Source: Octopus vulgaris
Lineage: Eukaryota
Direction: 5' to 3'
Assembly (NCBI GenBank): GCA_951406725.2
Contig: OX597814.1
Coordinates: 90,272,001 to 90,336,000 of the forward strand
DNA: 64,000 nt
Made by a program: the position numbers and the translations under genes. This document shows positions 13,271-26,610 of this stretch, in pieces (position 1 is the stretch's first letter; each line of letters begins with the position of its first letter). A model generated the notes under the pieces. The model saw only the letters and a program-made list of their open reading frames with translations, ran no database searches and was not told where the DNA came from.

Positions 13271-14021
13271 TGGCAACTTTATTCAATACTGATTCTATGG
13301 GATAATTCATAGTTCCCTAAAAATTACTATCCATTTTACAGTTTCAAAAATCACCGTGGAATTTTCAGAGCTATTGATAGTTTCTCTGTCTCTGTCTTTC
13401 TGTCTCTATCTACTATCTCTGTCTGCCTGGATTTCTGTCTATCTCTTTCCCTCAAGTGTTCAACCGGAACCAACTCCCGCATTTTTGCCTCCGTTCGTGC
13501 AACCATTATTATGACGTGCACTATTACCAACTTTTTCATGTAACCACCAACACCAAATATCTCACTTCCATTATCATTGTCACAAATTAACTTACTGACA
13601 GCATCACAGCTACCGATTATAAATTCCTCCTCACTTCCATCATATTGATCTTATATAAATATATTGTGTGAGAGTTACGTCGCCCCCTTACGAGAGATAG
13701 ACTGGTCTGAATAAAGTAAAATATTTGTTTAGTTCGTTACATTGTTTTTACTGTTGTCTAATTATCTTTATTGTATGCAACAAAGTACGTTACAAAAGTA
13801 TACCACTTACCTCTCCACCTCCACAACCCTGCATTCACTACATTATCTCTTTGTTACCTACATATATATAATATTATACCAAGCTCCTATTTAAATCCTT
13901 AAATGCAAGCAAACAATTTATGGGTTGCATTTTCTTGACTCCTCCTTAATAGGAGGAAAGCAGTGTCGTCATAAAGAGGGATACTTTGTTGTAAAAGGAG
14001 GACACGAATTACACAATTACC

Positions 14022-14251
14022 TATTTCTTTATTACCCACAAGGGGCTAAACACAGAGGGGACACACAAGGACAGACATAGGTATTAAATCGATTACATCG
14101 ACCCCATTGCGTAACTGGTACTTTATTAATCGACCCCGAAAGGATGAAAGGCAAAGTCGACCTCGGCGGAATTTGAACTCACAACGTAACGCAGACGAAA
14201 TACCGCTGAGCATTTCACCCGGCGTACTAACGCTTCTGCCAGCTCGCCGCC
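14022..14251 (-). mobile_element. SINE family A, full length, tail type A, with 16-bp TSD
   Basis: TSD gaattacacaattacc (14006-14021) and gaattacataattacc (14252-14267); intact head ggcggcgagctggcagaa, B-box gagttcaaattcc, core gccgaggtcgactttgcctttcatcctttcggggtcga. Confidence 0.92.
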
Positions 14252-14684
14252 GAATTACATAATTACCCGCAGATGTTGAGTAAAGCAGACGTCTGTGCAA
14301 ATTTCAAGCTAAGAACTTCCAGTGACACGCTTCACATCTTCCCGTCGCTATCCCTTCATCGTCACAGGGTTTTTATTTCTTTAAGTGGGTGGTGTGTATA
14401 CTCTCACCATCAAAACATGATGGTAGTATTTGCTGATAGCATTTTTCTGAACTATTTGCACATGGTTTTGTTCATAACAGTTATTGCTTGTGCAGAACAA
14501 TGCACACTTTCTCCATCAAAAAAGCATTTACCTGTACTAGTGCACAGTGTGCTACGTGTCAGATGCTAAATTGATCACAGATTTGAGATCAGAGAGGCCT
14601 TCTAGTTTGGTTGCTCAAAAGCTATAGAGCCCAGTTAGTATGCTGATAGTGCACGTCAACTAAGTGGACCGTCAGCAATCACAA

Positions 14685-14839
14685 ATCTGGATTTAAATTA
14701 GAGCTTTCATTCTCCTAGATGGGTCGCCCTCACCATGGCTAAGGGGCCCCATCTACCACATACATACATACATACATACATACATACATACATACATACA
14801 TACATCATACATACATACATATATACATACATACATACA

Positions 14840-14927
<88 letters not shown>

Positions 14928-15249
14928 CAGAGAGAGAGAGATATAGATAGATTGATAGATAGATAGATAGATAGATAGATAAAGAAAACGAAGGAAAAAC
15001 ATGAAATTTAGGAATATCAGATATATAGAATATATACATATGTACACACATGTTGGATGACCGCTGACTACTCATGAGTTCCTCCGCCTTTTGATGTGTT
15101 TTGATTTTTGTCGCGCAGGGTGTCTCAGAACACCCCCCCCCCACTCACCAAGCAAGCTCGGTGGGGTTGCCAGTTTAGTTGCCGACGAGCCGATCATGCA
15201 ACATATTGTACTGGGTTACATGTCAGCAGTAGCACTCGAAAGCGACCTG

Positions 15250-15252
<3 letters not shown>
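14685..15252 (-). mobile_element. Probable RTE-type 5' UTR / non-autonomous derivative split by microsatellites; second partial copy at 16281-16430
   Basis: 15113-15252 is homologous to 16281-16430 (ccagtttagtygccga...ttgtactgggttacatgt...agcactcgaaag); gggcgacccatctaggagaa resembles RTE-associated 5' sequences (recalled similarity only). Confidence 0.45.
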
Positions 15253-15291
<39 letters not shown>

Positions 15292-15295
15292 AAGC

Positions 15296-15570
15296 AAAAA
15301 TGCTAGTTCTAAAATCTTACTAAGAGATCACCGCATTACTTGTACTAACAAGTAATGTTCGTAGCCACTTCAACATGGATGTCCGTTCGAACAGACTTTA
15401 CTGCGATTTTTTAATCTCAAGACGGCATCGGCTCTAGCTGCTAAACGATGCACAGCTGCATACGTGATATTGCGAGCAGGGGAACGAATGTTTACTACCT
15501 TCTAGCGTCGGGACCAGCTTAGCTCCGAGCAATTTCTACCTCTCTTCAGTAGTGGACATCTGGTCTGCTA
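15296..15570 (+). mobile_element. Unclassified interspersed repeat family D (other copies at 16765-16900 on +, and two tandem copies at 26090-26610 on -)
   Basis: aacaagtaatgttcgtagccacttcaaca is shared by 15347 and 16770; reverse-complement homology at 26090-26260 and 26430-26610. Confidence 0.7.
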
Positions 15571-15589
15571 TATGTATATATATATCTCC

Positions 15590-16170
15590 GGTGACAAAAA
15601 AGTTGCCATGCAAAGCTGATGACCACGGGCTCTATGAACGATACAAAAAGAAGTGGCTATCCAACCACATCCCGAACAGCGGAGAACGTTGCAAAAGTGC
15701 AGGAAATGTTTAATCTCAGCCCGCAAAAATTAACAGATGAAGCAGCTCGTGAAAGTGGACTAAAACGACAAACTTGCATAAAGTATTGCTTTTCGTCCGT
15801 AGAATCTCCATTATTTGTAATAGCTAAAATATGAAGGACAGAAGTCAAAATCACCAAGAAGTCCAGATGTCACTCCATGTGACTTTTACCTGTGGGGTTA
15901 CACAGAAGAGGTGTGCAAAACAAAACCGCATACACTGGAGGACTCGTAGATACGGATTCAGGAGTTTCTCAATGATATCCCAGACTGTCATTCCATCCCT
16001 CGCCGTTTGAGGAAACTGGTTGACGCCACCGGTGCTTACGCTGAAATATGAAGATGTACTTTCATTTTCTCACGTAATGCAGAACATGCCTTTTTTGTTT
16101 CAATAAGTATGTAAAAGGAATATGCTTTTTATTACCAATTTTAATGCCTACTTACTTTACACCCACCCTG
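15590..16170 (+). mobile_element. Internally deleted Tc1/mariner-superfamily element
   Basis: TGSMNDTKRSGYPTTSRTAENVAKVQEMFNLSPQK (HTH region) and SPRSPDVTPCDFYLWGY at ~15850-15901; terminal ...acacccaccctg resembles a CAGGGTG-type TIR. Confidence 0.75.
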
Positions 16171-16181
16171 CATATACATAC

Positions 16182-16254
<73 letters not shown>

Positions 16255-17134
16255 TGTGTATATGTATGCATGTAAACATCCCGCAGGGTGTCCAACAATC
16301 ACCCTCCTCACCAACCAAACTTAGGGATACCAGTTTAGTCGCCGATGACCTGACCATGTAACAGGTTGTACTGGGTTACATGTTACAAGTAGCGAAGAAG
16401 AGAGACTAATAGCACTCGAAAGTGACCTAACTAATAGCGTGGGATTGCTGCTTATTACTGGGGATTTTTTAATTTAATTCTCTTTTGGGGCTGTTGCTTA
16501 AAGAGACATCCTTGAAGTAAGTTGCAACTCACACAAGCTGATTGGCTGCACTGGTTGTGGGTACGGGACATGTGGGATGTGTTACGTGAAGAACGTGAGC
16601 AAGCTGGAAGATTTAGTTCTCTAGTCATTGTATTAAATAAAACCGTGCAAACAGCGTGTTTTCTTCAAAGATGACCACACTAGACGGTCTTTGATACTTT
16701 TCAACAGTAAGCTTGCCATTTGTCGCCCGCTAGATTGATTCTTTTTCTCTAACATAGCAATGCATTATTAACAAGTAATGTTCGTAGCCACTTCAACACG
16801 GTTGTTTGTTCGACCGATCTTTACCGCGATTTTTTTAACTGCAAGAGGACATCTCCAGCTGGTTAATGGTACACAGCTGAAAGCGATATATTGCGAACAC
16901 CAACCACCTTCCAATATATGCCCAACCTGTTCTTGCAGACTAGCGTGGTCATCCTTGATGAAAACATACTTTTTTTCTTTTTTCCTTTAATTCACCACCT
17001 AGAGAACTATAACTTCCAGCTAGCTGGTTCGTAACTCACTGTCAAGATAGTTTTACACCTCGCAGTTCCGTTCTCTCTCGCTTTCTCTACCTCTCTCCTT
17101 CTCCCTCCTTTTCTCTCTCATTTTTTTCTCTCTT

Positions 17135-17185
<51 letters not shown>

Positions 17186-17355
17186 AAAGTTTACCAAAGA
17201 AAGCACAAAAGACGAAGACAGGTATATACATATACTTATATATGTATATATATGTATACATATACATATATATATGTATACATATACATATACATATGTA
17301 TATGTATATATATATATACATATTTATATATTTATCCATGTATATGTATGTATAT

Positions 17356-17394
<39 letters not shown>

Positions 17395-17420
17395 TATATA
17401 TATATATATAATTATATATA

Positions 17421-17499
<79 letters not shown>

Positions 17500-17874
17500 T
17501 TGCATGTTTTCGATGTTGAGTTCTAATGTGAACATTTAAAATCAGGGAAGAAAAAGAAAGCGGAAACATCAATTTATGTTAAAACTATGTGCGTGCGCGG
17601 CTGTTGCACTTTATACATATCATATAAAAACATTATCATAAAAATGTTTATTACCCCAATTATCATGCGGACATTCATTATTAGAGAGCTTTTCTCGTTT
17701 AGATCTTCGCATCAAAATTCAATGATTCATTGACATAAATCACTGTTTATAGAATATCATGCGTAAACAAATGATATTCGAATAAACGTTGATATATCTT
17801 ACTGGCAATTGATAGTTCCGTTCTTAATCTATAAAACCATAAAATAGCTTCATTTTAACACATACATACATATA

Positions 17875-18140
17875 GGCGCAGGAGTGGCTGTTTGGTAAGT
17901 AGCTTGCTTCCCAATCACATGGTTTTGGATTCAGTTCACTGAGTGGCACCTTGGGCAAGTGACTTCTGCTAAAAACTAGGACCGACCAAAGGCTTGTGAG
18001 TGGATTTTGTTGACGAAAACTGAAGGAAGCCCGTTGTATTTATATATGTGTATATAGGTATGTGTGTCTGTTTTGTCCTCCCATATGAGTTGACAACCGG
18101 AATTGGTGTCTTTATATATCCGTAATTTAGAGGTTACGAT
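17875..18140 (+). mobile_element. SINE family B, 3'-truncated
   Basis: ggcgcaggagtggctgtttggtaagtagcttgc...gtggcaccttgggcaagtgacttc. Confidence 0.8.
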
Positions 18141-18563
18141 AGAATATGTGTGAGTGTGAGTGAGTGTATAAAAACTTGTGTCTGACAAGGATAGGACTCC
18201 CAACTTAAATTATAATAATGCCAAATTCAAGGTGTTACTACCTAAATAAAATATGTATTTGAATATGTAGTACTAAGTTTCAATTTCATAGCATCTACCA
18301 GACAGAAGCATTTGCTAATGTCTTATTCAGGGTTAATATCTCTACTGGTTTTTTGGCGGTTGTTTTGAGTTACTTTGATGTACATATATTCTCTTGATAC
18401 AGATTTGATCCTTTATATCCTGGTTAGTGATTGTTAGTGTTTTGGCACAAAACCGCTTGTGTCATGAGGTATATAATTTGCTTGATGTATGACATACAGT
18501 CTTCGTTTTCTAACACAAAATACCTTCTCTCTATATCTCTCTCACTCTCTTTCGCTTTCTTTC

Positions 18564-18610
<47 letters not shown>

Positions 18611-18616
<6 letters not shown>

Positions 18617-18806
18617 TTTATAGAAGGAGCTTCTACAGGTCTAGAACTGTTTCATTCAAATGAAATCATCAGGAAGCTCCTGATGATTTCATTTGAATGA
18701 AACAGTTCTAGTCCTGTAGAAGCTCCGTCTATAAAATAAATTAATTTACTCTGCTATGTATTGAGTACCTTATTTACTGTGGTTAACCCCGACTCAACCC
18801 GGGACC

Positions 18807-18810
<4 letters not shown>
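18611..18810. mobile_element. Penelope-like element terminal remnant: 64-bp inverted arms plus ~70-bp tail, inserted in (TA)n
   Basis: Arms 18611-18674 and 18678-18741 are reverse complements with 2 mismatches and a 3-nt spacer; (TA)n on both sides. Confidence 0.65.
18626..18680 (-). ncRNA. Minimal type I hammerhead ribozyme (Penelope-like element type)
   Basis: Minus strand: GGAGCTTC-CTGATGA-T-TTC-ATTT-GAA-T-GAAA-CAG-TTCTAGAC-CTG-TA-GAAGCTCC. Perfect 8-bp stem I, canonical CUGAUGA and GAAA boxes, GUA cleavage triplet, stem III loop with TCTAGA palindrome; the first stem II pair is a U-U mismatch. Confidence 0.75.
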
Positions 18811-18841
<31 letters not shown>

Positions 18842-18908
18842 CAATTTAGGAATGGCCTTAACAGGCCATTCGTCCACTAGACAGAATTTTTTACTACCCT
18901 AAATTGAT

Positions 18909-18989
<81 letters not shown>

Positions 18990-19024
18990 GTATGTATACA
19001 AAGATAGATTTTTTTTTATTTTGA

Positions 19025-19205
19025 TTGTTTCAGTCATCTGAGTCCGACCATGCTGGAGCACCGCCTTTATTCAAACAAATCAACTACACCACTTAATCTT
19101 TGTAAACCTAGTATTTATTCCACGTTTGCTGAACTGCTTAGATACGGAGAGGCAAAGACATCAACATCGGTTGTCAGGTGATGGGGGGATCAAACTCAGG
19201 CACAT
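19025..19205 (-). mobile_element. SINE family B 3' fragment
   Basis: ccatgctggagcaccgccttta and ctttgtaaacctagtatttattc match the 3' half of the 3689 copy. Confidence 0.7.
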
Positions 19206-19207
19206 AA

Positions 19208-19290
<83 letters not shown>

Positions 19291-19310
19291 CATATACATA
19301 CATGTTTTTG

Positions 19311-19351
<41 letters not shown>

Positions 19352-19606
19352 GCATATCTATATATATATATATGTGTACGTATGTATGTATATATGTAAG
19401 TATGTGCGTGTAATATATATGTATATATATACCCATACATACACATCTATGCATACATATACATCTTCACAGAGCGTATTATAATATATATCTACGTATA
19501 TATTTGGGTATATACGTATACGTATACATATAAATAAACATACATATAAATTATATATATATAATACACACACATACATATAAACATACATGTATATGTA
19601 TATGTG

Positions 19607-19638
<32 letters not shown>

Positions 19639-20338
19639 TATACATACATAAATTTATATATATGTAGATGTGAGTATGTGTATATATATCAAATAATCAA
19701 CATTACGCCATATTTATATGTGCATGTAGCTCCCATCCTTCCTTTTAGTGATATCATTAATTCAGCGTTACAAGCCTGATGACATTTAAAATTACTATCG
19801 CTTTCAAAGGAGAAAAATTCTAAATGGAATTTTCTCCATAAACACAACGGTAGCTAAAGCGTTGCGTTGTTTACACAGCGTCCACATTGTCAACGAAAGT
19901 GGCAATCGTTAGATACATATTTCAATTACTCATGCATCATAGACACCATAATTAATGCATTGAAAATTTTTCTCCAGTTAGAGAGTAAATATCACATACA
20001 CAAGATTAAATGAAGTTTAAAACCTAATGAATTAACTTTCAAATTTATGATCATCATAAAATCTTACGGCAACATTGATTTTTCAATGAATAGATTACAT
20101 TTTGCATGAAAAATGTTTGTGGTGTTGAAGATAATCGTTCTAAAATCTGCGTAAAGCTATTAAATTCTGATGTTAATCAGTTCAATAAAACGGAGATGAT
20201 TTACAAAATCTGTTTTTAGAAAATAAAATAAAAATATAAGTTTTCATGCCTAAAATCATAACAAGATCAGACCAAACCTTTTCGGTGGTATTGTTAGCAT
20301 AGGATATAAATGTCATCCGTATTTTTACATACATACGA

Positions 20339-20388
<50 letters not shown>

Positions 20389-20462
20389 TGAGATAATAAA
20401 ATCTAAACTTACAAGGAAAAAGAATTCAATTTATAAATACTAAATCTAATTCAAAAATATAA

Positions 20463-20718
20463 TATATGTAAAATATTAGAAAAAACCCACCTTTTATCAA
20501 TTCAAAATGAATAATTAAATTACACCATATAGAAAATTACAAAATTACACCATATAGTAAGTAAATTACAAAAATAATATAATTTACTTAATCTTTACTT
20601 TTTAATTGTTATTTTAATTTTAACTTTTCTATTTATGTAATTTTCTAGATGGTGTAATTTAATTATTCATTTTGAACTGATTGAAGGTGTTTTTTTTTTT
20701 GCTAATATTTTATATATA
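20463..20718. repeat. AT-rich inverted repeat (~80-bp arms)
   Basis: ttcaaaatgaataattaaattacaccatatagaaaattaca versus tgtaattttctagatggtgtaatttaattattcattttgaa. Confidence 0.8.
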
Positions 20719-22259
20719 TATATGCACGCACAACACGCACACAATAAAAAAACACACACACACGCACACACACACACACACACACACTCACACACACACA
20801 CACACACACGCACGCACACAAGCTTTGAGTTCTCAACTTCCAATTGAGTCATTAAGGGAGTAGCTGTGACATATAGTACATCATCTTTCTCCGTCTGACA
20901 CTGTTGTTCACGGAAAGCACCGGTTCTCGCAAAGGATTTGTCTATGAATTCTTTGATTCTGTATTTTCCTATTTCTTCTTTTCGTATCGCCCTCTTTCGT
21001 CATTCACGTTTCTCTAATGAACGGTTTTTGCAAGGTCACTGGATTTTGTTAGATAGTCACTAAAATCTGGTTTTCCTTCCAAGCTATATGTTTATATATT
21101 TCTTAGTAGAATTGCAGTGAGCTATCAACAATTAACCACCAACAACGGTGAAAATTATTATTCAATGAAGGAGTAGATTTTATTGTAGACTTCAACCGAA
21201 TTCGTTTTCACGTAACTCGAGTGACAGCCACAATCTCACTGATGTTTTACACAACAGAAGCTTTATTTGTTTGCATGTGTCTACTGTTTTATTTCCCGAA
21301 TTTTGAGTTGTTGTCAATGATTGTCGTTGCTTCTTTTGAGCAAGTATCTTGTATTTACTATTTAGTTTTCATGTGTGTTCCATTTCTGTAGGTTTGACGA
21401 GTTTTCATTTTCTAAGTTTGTGCTTGTACAGTCTTTACTTATCGATTTCGTTATTATTTTCTGTTCCATGAAAGCTACTATTTTGTTCGCTTCATTAATA
21501 AGTACAAATTGTCTTCATGTGTCAAATCGCCAATATATATTTGCAAGCAAAATGAATATTGATATTGTGATTTCATTTTTCTAATAATCTTATTCTCCGT
21601 CTGCCATATTTTTAAGTCTACATTGTTTCATTGTGCTTTGTATTATTATTCTGAATTTGTAATTTTTATCCTTCATTTATTAGTTATTGCTTCAACAAAA
21701 CTATATTGCGTTTCTGATTTGAATTTGCAAGTATCTGATCATCACATAGAGTTCAAATTCCATTCTTTAAATATTTTTTGGACCATTAATGGTTTTCTGC
21801 ATTTATTCTGTAGGGGGGTTGCAGTGTTTATTTGTAGCTGATGTCTCCAAAGTTTTCCTTTCCTTGAATTAATGAGTTGTGTAAATTGTTTATGATCCAG
21901 TTGAATTTGGAATTCTCCCAACTCCAGTGATAATTCTCTTATTAAGAAAAAAGATACTTCAGCTGCTAGCAGGCCTTAGTTATAAAATCAATTTGTTTTA
22001 ATTTCTACAATGTGATACTACATTCATTTTGGATGATGAGCAAGCATATTCATTTCGTAATATTCCTGCAGCAAACATTGTAGCAGATGCTTGTCCTGAA
22101 ACCATTAATGCAGTTGGAGTAAAATATCCTGGGGCATATTCCTTTATATCGAAACGATGCAGGGAACGATTGAAATGGTTGAGGTTTCAGCCTTCGAAAT
22201 TCTTACACTTTTTGGGGCGAATGTTTTCAGCGCTATATTCTAGTTACAGCAATTTTACT

Positions 22260-22960
22260 CTCTGCATGCCTGTTCATTGGAACAAAAAGATAGAAGTCTA
22301 AGGATACTAATTCAGGTGAAGTAGGGAGTTTTTACAGAGGTTTTCATCCGAAAGCGGAGGTTGCAATCCATGTTCTGTAGCTTGAATGGGGCCTGGCGTT
22401 GTCGTATTAAAGAGAAAATGTCCAGAATCTAATTTGGTCTTAATCGGCGGATTCTTGTTTTAAATCATCAAATGATATCAATATATGCTTCACAGTTGTT
22501 TCTATTCTTGGCAAGAAATCGACAAAAAACAAGAGAATTAATAACCCTAAAGTCAGTCGCTGACTCTTCTGCTTGAACTTATTTGTTTTGGAGACGTCGA
22601 AAGATGTTATTCAATGTATTATACTCTTGATTCTGGATCATAATGATGACTCCAAGTTTCATCACCAGATATAAGACTTTGAAAGAAATGCTTTGAACTC
22701 TTTTATTGAGTTCAAAATATTTCAGAGCCAGATAACCAATTAAGTGATGTGTTCATAATTCAGTTGTTCTAGTAACCTACGGGTTCACACTTCTCAATAT
22801 CCAAGTACCTTAATCATGTCGTGAGCACTACAATGGCTAGCGTCAAACTATGGTGCCAACTCCTCAATGTTCATGCGCCTATCAACTCGAATTTTGCTTT
22901 TTCTTCACTGACAGGATTGGAAGAAGTTGCAGGGCGGCCAGTTCGAGACACTCTTACAAA
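22260..22960 (-). pseudogene. Heavily decayed mariner transposase
   Basis: Minus-strand motifs LISGDETWSHHYDPESR (~22627-22677), YDNARPH (~22387-22407) and SPELVSLDFYLF (~22285-22320) match the three mariner DDD catalytic motifs; stops and frameshifts lie between them. Confidence 0.75.
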
Positions 22961-23329
22961 GCTTGAATTTTGCAATTCTGTTTTGTAGGATGAATTTAGA
23001 GTTAGACAACGATAAGATCTTCACAGTCTAATCTTTTATTTTTGTAAACATGTTTCTGTCTTTGTGAATATTTAGAGGAATTTGTCTTTCGGTAAAAAGG
23101 AACTGATTTACTATTTTTTGTATCACAAGGACTTCCAGCGAAGCAGACATTTATTCACATGTCTTAAAAGAAAACACAATTAGATAATTACAAATGAAGA
23201 ATACATGTACCTGTACATCTATATCTAATAAAGAATAACTTCATTGCAAAATGCAACACATACGCCAAAACTTAACAAGATGATATAACTCTGGATTGTA
23301 ATGGGCTCTCTTTGGCTGTCCACATATTT

Positions 23330-23481
23330 TTCTCTCCTTGTTTTTTTTTTCTGTGTCCCTTTCTGTAGAAGAGCGTAGGCTCGAAACGTAAAATACTTTC
23401 TCTATTCCTGAGCGTTATACTAATACATCTGTATGTTTTGTACACCACCTGTCTTCTTCTTTTGTTTGTTTCATAAAATCT

Positions 23482-23485
<4 letters not shown>
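23330..23485 (+). mobile_element. Probable Penelope-like terminal fragment abutting (TA)n; short homologous piece at 17181-17223 (-)
   Basis: CTGTAGAA-GAGC-gtag-GCTC-GAAACGTA hammerhead-like motif; 3' end acctgtcttc...tccctata matches the reverse complement of 17181-17223. Confidence 0.45.
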
Positions 23486-23533
<48 letters not shown>

Positions 23534-23751
23534 TATATATACATATATACATACTATATATTTCTATATGTATATATATATATATATATATGTATATACT
23601 GGCCAGATTGGAGCAATCTCGAGTATAACCAGCCGGAATTGTAATGATAATCTGGAACTCGATTGAGGAAAAAAACTCCGAATGACTCGTCCTTGTTTTC
23701 TTTGTATCGTCTATCCCATTTTGTACACACACACACATACACACACACGCG

Positions 23752-23791
<40 letters not shown>

Positions 23792-24126
23792 AATGCTTTT
23801 AAATGTTTTTATACTTGACACGCTTACTGTAAGTCAAGTGCAAAGTACCCTGATAATGGGAATGACCATTATTTATGTATTTTCCTGTATATCTGTGTAA
23901 AATCCAGTATAACTGAAAAAAAACCCATGGATTTAGAATATGGAATGGTCCTGAACTATAACCTAGGACCCTGCCACAAGAATATGGTGACTTGTTTACC
24001 AATTTAAACAATATTGTCAGCCTGGTGTACTAAAAGAGACCTAAATAAATTATCTTTGCTTGGATACGTAGTCCCTCAGTAATAGCTCTTTCTCTCACTC
24101 TTTCTCTCTCTGTACATATATATATA

Positions 24127-24171
<45 letters not shown>

Positions 24172-24688
24172 TCTCTAACTCTATCTATCTATATAGGTAT
24201 ATACATACACACAGGGGTGTGCATAGATGTGTTTTCTGTATGTCATTAAAAAACAAGAGGTAACATTGTACATTGGATACGGTAGAAAACTTGTATTCGG
24301 TACTTTTAGTTTTATTCGATGATCACAGAACTGATAGCGCACTGTATTTGCTTTAGAGGAAATGGATATAGTAAAATGCAAATTTAAGATAACCGATACG
24401 TAAATTTTGGGAAAATAATACCAGAAAATATCATGTGCTTTGATGTTGAGGTTGTATGAAATAATGAGTATGTTTTTAGAGAAAAAGATAATATGAATTT
24501 CTTCAAATACTGACACGCTAACTCACATACAAACCTATACAAATACGAATACATCCAACATGTACACATACATACATATATACGTACATACATACACAAA
24601 TACGAACATACATACATACACATGTATATATACATGTGTATATATTTATATATATGTATATACATACATACACATATATATATTTTAT

Positions 24689-24727
<39 letters not shown>

Positions 24728-24995
24728 ATCTCTATATATACATGTGTATGTGAGTGTGCATATAAATTCATATATATATTTATGTGTGTGTGTGTGCATG
24801 TGCAATATATCTATCTATGTAATGTCTATGTAATGTTTCTAAAACCCACCATACACGCATACACATACACCCAGTATATACACCCAATATAACCCAATAC
24901 TCAGATACCATCTTGGACACCGAGCTATTCGTGCGTGTGTGCCTGCGTGTTTATGTGTTTGCGTACATGCATTCTCTATGTATGTATACATATAC

Positions 24996-25044
<49 letters not shown>

Positions 25045-25049
25045 ATGGG

Positions 25050-25200
25050 ATTCTTTTAGTTTGGTTAGCCCAATTCACTCAAGGGGCTTTTGTCAACCCG
25101 GGTTTTTAATAGAACTCACGTGTCCTAGCTGCTACGTACCGCGATTGAACCCGGAACCATGTGGCTGGTAAGCAAACTTCTTACCACACAGCAACGCCCA
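25050..25200 (-). mobile_element. SINE family B 5' fragment, diverged
   Basis: gaacccggaaccatgtggctggtaagcaaacttcttaccacacagc is the reverse complement of the family B head. Confidence 0.7.
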
Positions 25201-26049
25201 TTTATATATTTTATGCCTACATATATGCGATGTACTTAATAATAGAGAAAGGAAACTTCAAAAACTGAGAAAAAGTCTGCTTATTTTTTACAATGTATGG
25301 AAGAGAAAGAGAGAAGATGTTAAAAAAGAAAACAAGAGTTGAGTATAAATATATATTGAGATAATATATACAGATGAAACTAATTTCCAGAGGCATTGAA
25401 AGCGAACCAGTAGTGAGACCATGCGTAAATTGAGAGGGTTGCAAAGTACAGATCACTGATTTATATCAATGCATAATAGAAATAACAGTAAATTTGCAGA
25501 GATGGGCTTATGTAATTCCGTGTTATGCTATAGCCGGGTGTGTGTATGTGTGTGTGTGTGCTTTATGTATGGGTGTCTGTGTGTAATGCTCGTGGATATA
25601 CGCCAATGGAACAAAATACATTGAAATATAAATTTCTCGAGTGACGAGAAAATATATGAAAGAACTACAAATACGAAAAATGGCAAAAGAATGGATAGAT
25701 TTGCAAGTATGACCAGGAGCCAAAATGAATGAAGTGAAGCGTGATTGTCAAGCATCGCTACGGAGGCTCATTATTATACAAATTATGTGATGTACAAGGA
25801 AACGTGTTTCGAAGCAATATAGCATCCATATACCCATAAGTATCAGTACGTACACTCACATATATTAAACTCACCCACATTGAGCAAAAGCAGATACATA
25901 TTGCCTCACAAGCTGATAAACATCTCTCACACATAAAGTGACGCGTATATTACATGCATGTAATACAAACAGCCACATAAATTTACATATACAAGTGTTT
26001 CAATATACATATACATGGATACAACAGAACTGGTGAAGCATACGATTTT

Positions 26050-26610
26050 GTAACGGACTCTACTGCGATTTTTTTAACCATTGCTGCCAGATTATCGGAT
26101 GGAGCGCTACATCGTTAACCAGCTAGAGGAGGTGTTCCTTGAGGTTAAAAAATAGCAGTAAAGCCCGTTCGAACAGACAGCCATGCTGAAGTGACTACGA
26201 ATATTACTTGTCCATACAACTACTGAGTTGATCTCTTAGATTTTAGAACTAGCATTTTTGCTTGTTGGAAAATCAGAGATTGTGTTCGCTTGAAAGATAT
26301 ATATTGCAAGTAGAGGCGAGCTACTGCCACCTCTGGCAGACAATGTTTCACGTGCCGAAGAAAGCCAGATATAGCCCGAAGCCAGGACTGGTCTACTGGT
26401 TCCGTAGCTAGAAGGTGGTATGGGTTCGGTCACCTGCTCGCAATTTATCGGATGTAGCTCTGCATCGTTAACTAGCTAGAGGAGGTGCCCCCTTGGGATT
26501 AAAAAGTCGCAGTAGAGCCCGTTTGAACGGACAGTCATGTTAAAGCGGCTACTATTATTACTTGTCAGTACGACTACTGCATTGATCTCTTAGAGAGATT
26601 TTACAACTAA
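26050..26610 (-). mobile_element. Two tandem copies of repeat family D plus a short inverted piece
   Basis: catcgttaacyagctagaggaggtg at ~26110 and ~26463; inverted aacggactctactgcgatttttttaacc (26052-26079) against 26143-26169. Confidence 0.7.

Noticed and set aside
13664-13852. Solo-LTR-like segment (TG...AATAAA...CA)
   Set aside because: No TSD, partner LTR, primer-binding site or polypurine tract could be identified
21300-21900. Possible Dong N-terminal remnant on the minus strand (QILAN.QIRN-like)
   Set aside because: Only one weak motif broken by a frameshift; not enough to call
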